This document shows, piece after piece, positions 63,071 to 64,000 of a stretch of 64,000 bases of DNA. Location of the stretch: positions 536,901-600,900 of the forward strand of contig NC_057746.1 of the NCBI RefSeq assembly GCF_004010195.1, written 5' to 3'. This DNA is from Chiloscyllium plagiosum (Eukaryota). The notes below the pieces were generated by a model. That model saw nothing but the letters and a program-made list of their open reading frames with translations. It was not told where the DNA came from and did no database searches. A program made the position numbers and the translations under genes. Position 1 is the stretch's first letter, and every line of letters begins with the position of its first letter.

Positions 63071-63609
63071 CCCTGTCTGTGAAATGTGGGTCATGTATTC
63101 AGACCACATTATGATCTGGAATCACTTTTCCCTGAGCTACCTGACACTGCCAATGGAGATCAGGTGGTTAAACAAGATCCTGACACTAAAGTCCGTCTAA
63201 AAACTGAGCTGCCAGCTATCGATGCTCTGACCATGAATCACGGTGACAATGTTCAGCTCATGTGGTTCCAGTGTCTGAGGATCTAATCCTGAAGATGGTG
63301 TTTTCTGGGTAATTTCAGAGTGAACAGTAAGATTATAATGTCTGTTTAAAAGTGACTCTGACACAAAGCAACACAGATATTTGTCATTGGGAACAAGTTG
63401 TTGAAGATGAGAAAGGGTGAGGGAAACCAGCCCTGAAGATCCCTTCGACTGTGAGAGCCATCACCTTGCTGACACTGGATGGAGCCACTCCTGGGGAAAG
63501 TCTCACCTGAAGAATCAGGATTCTGACCTGGTGGATCTGGGATCCACTGTTCAATTTGTGGAACCACATTCCCAAGAAAAATCTATCTCAATCCTTTGAT
63601 AAAAACCGG

Positions 63610-64000
63610 TTATAGAGTCATGGAGATGTACAGCACAGAAACAGACAGTACGGTCCAACACATCCAAGCTGACCAGTTATCTCAACGTCATCCAGTCCCA
63701 CTTGCCAGTACCCGGCCCATATCCCTCCAAACCCTTCCTGTTCATTTAACCTTCCAGATGCCTTTTAAATGCAATTGTACCAGCCTCCACCATTTCCTCC
63801 GCCAGCTCATTCCATACACGTAACATACTCCATGTGAAAACGTTGTCCTAGAGGTCTCTTTTAGATCTTTCCCCTCTCATCCACAACCTATGCCCTCCAG
63901 TTCTGGACTCCTCCACCCCAGGGAAAATATTTTGTTTTATCCTATCCATGCCCCTCATGATTTTATCAACCTCTCAGGACACCCCTTAGTCTCTGACACT
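63610..64000 (-). mobile_element. CR1/HER1-like LINE 3' fragment
   Basis: Similar to 38420-38800. Confidence 0.85.

Noticed and set aside
10401-63114. Long ORFs made mostly of X
   Set aside because: They run through N gaps.
63071-63600. Possible gene B a2 exon
   Set aside because: No DG.D(Y/F)-type or other class I motif was found in the plus-strand frames I could read.

Overview
Vertebrate genomic DNA, almost certainly from a shark. This is inferred from HE1/V-type SINEs, HER1/CR1 LINEs and Penelope elements. The window is repeat-rich and has five assembly gaps. The host content is two divergently transcribed (head-to-head) nonclassical MHC class I heavy-chain genes. Gene A (minus strand, 34522->6384) can be spliced by hand from six exons joined at phase-1 GT-AG introns: leader, a1, a2, a3, TM and a long cytoplasmic exon, 440 codons in total. 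It lacks both a2 cysteines and most N-terminal peptide anchors but keeps the C-terminal anchors. It has an X1-X2-Y plus ISRE promoter and carries one in-frame TAG in a3. Gene B (plus strand) shows only a leader (50515-50566) and an a1 exon (56815-57075, about 54% identical to gene A a1), with a second, decayed promoter/leader copy in between. Intron 2 of gene A holds an internally deleted HERV-I-like endogenous retrovirus. Penelope-derived hairpin insertions carry minimal hammerhead-ribozyme cores, and there are four types of minisatellite. All coordinates and translations were read by eye; no database searches were run.
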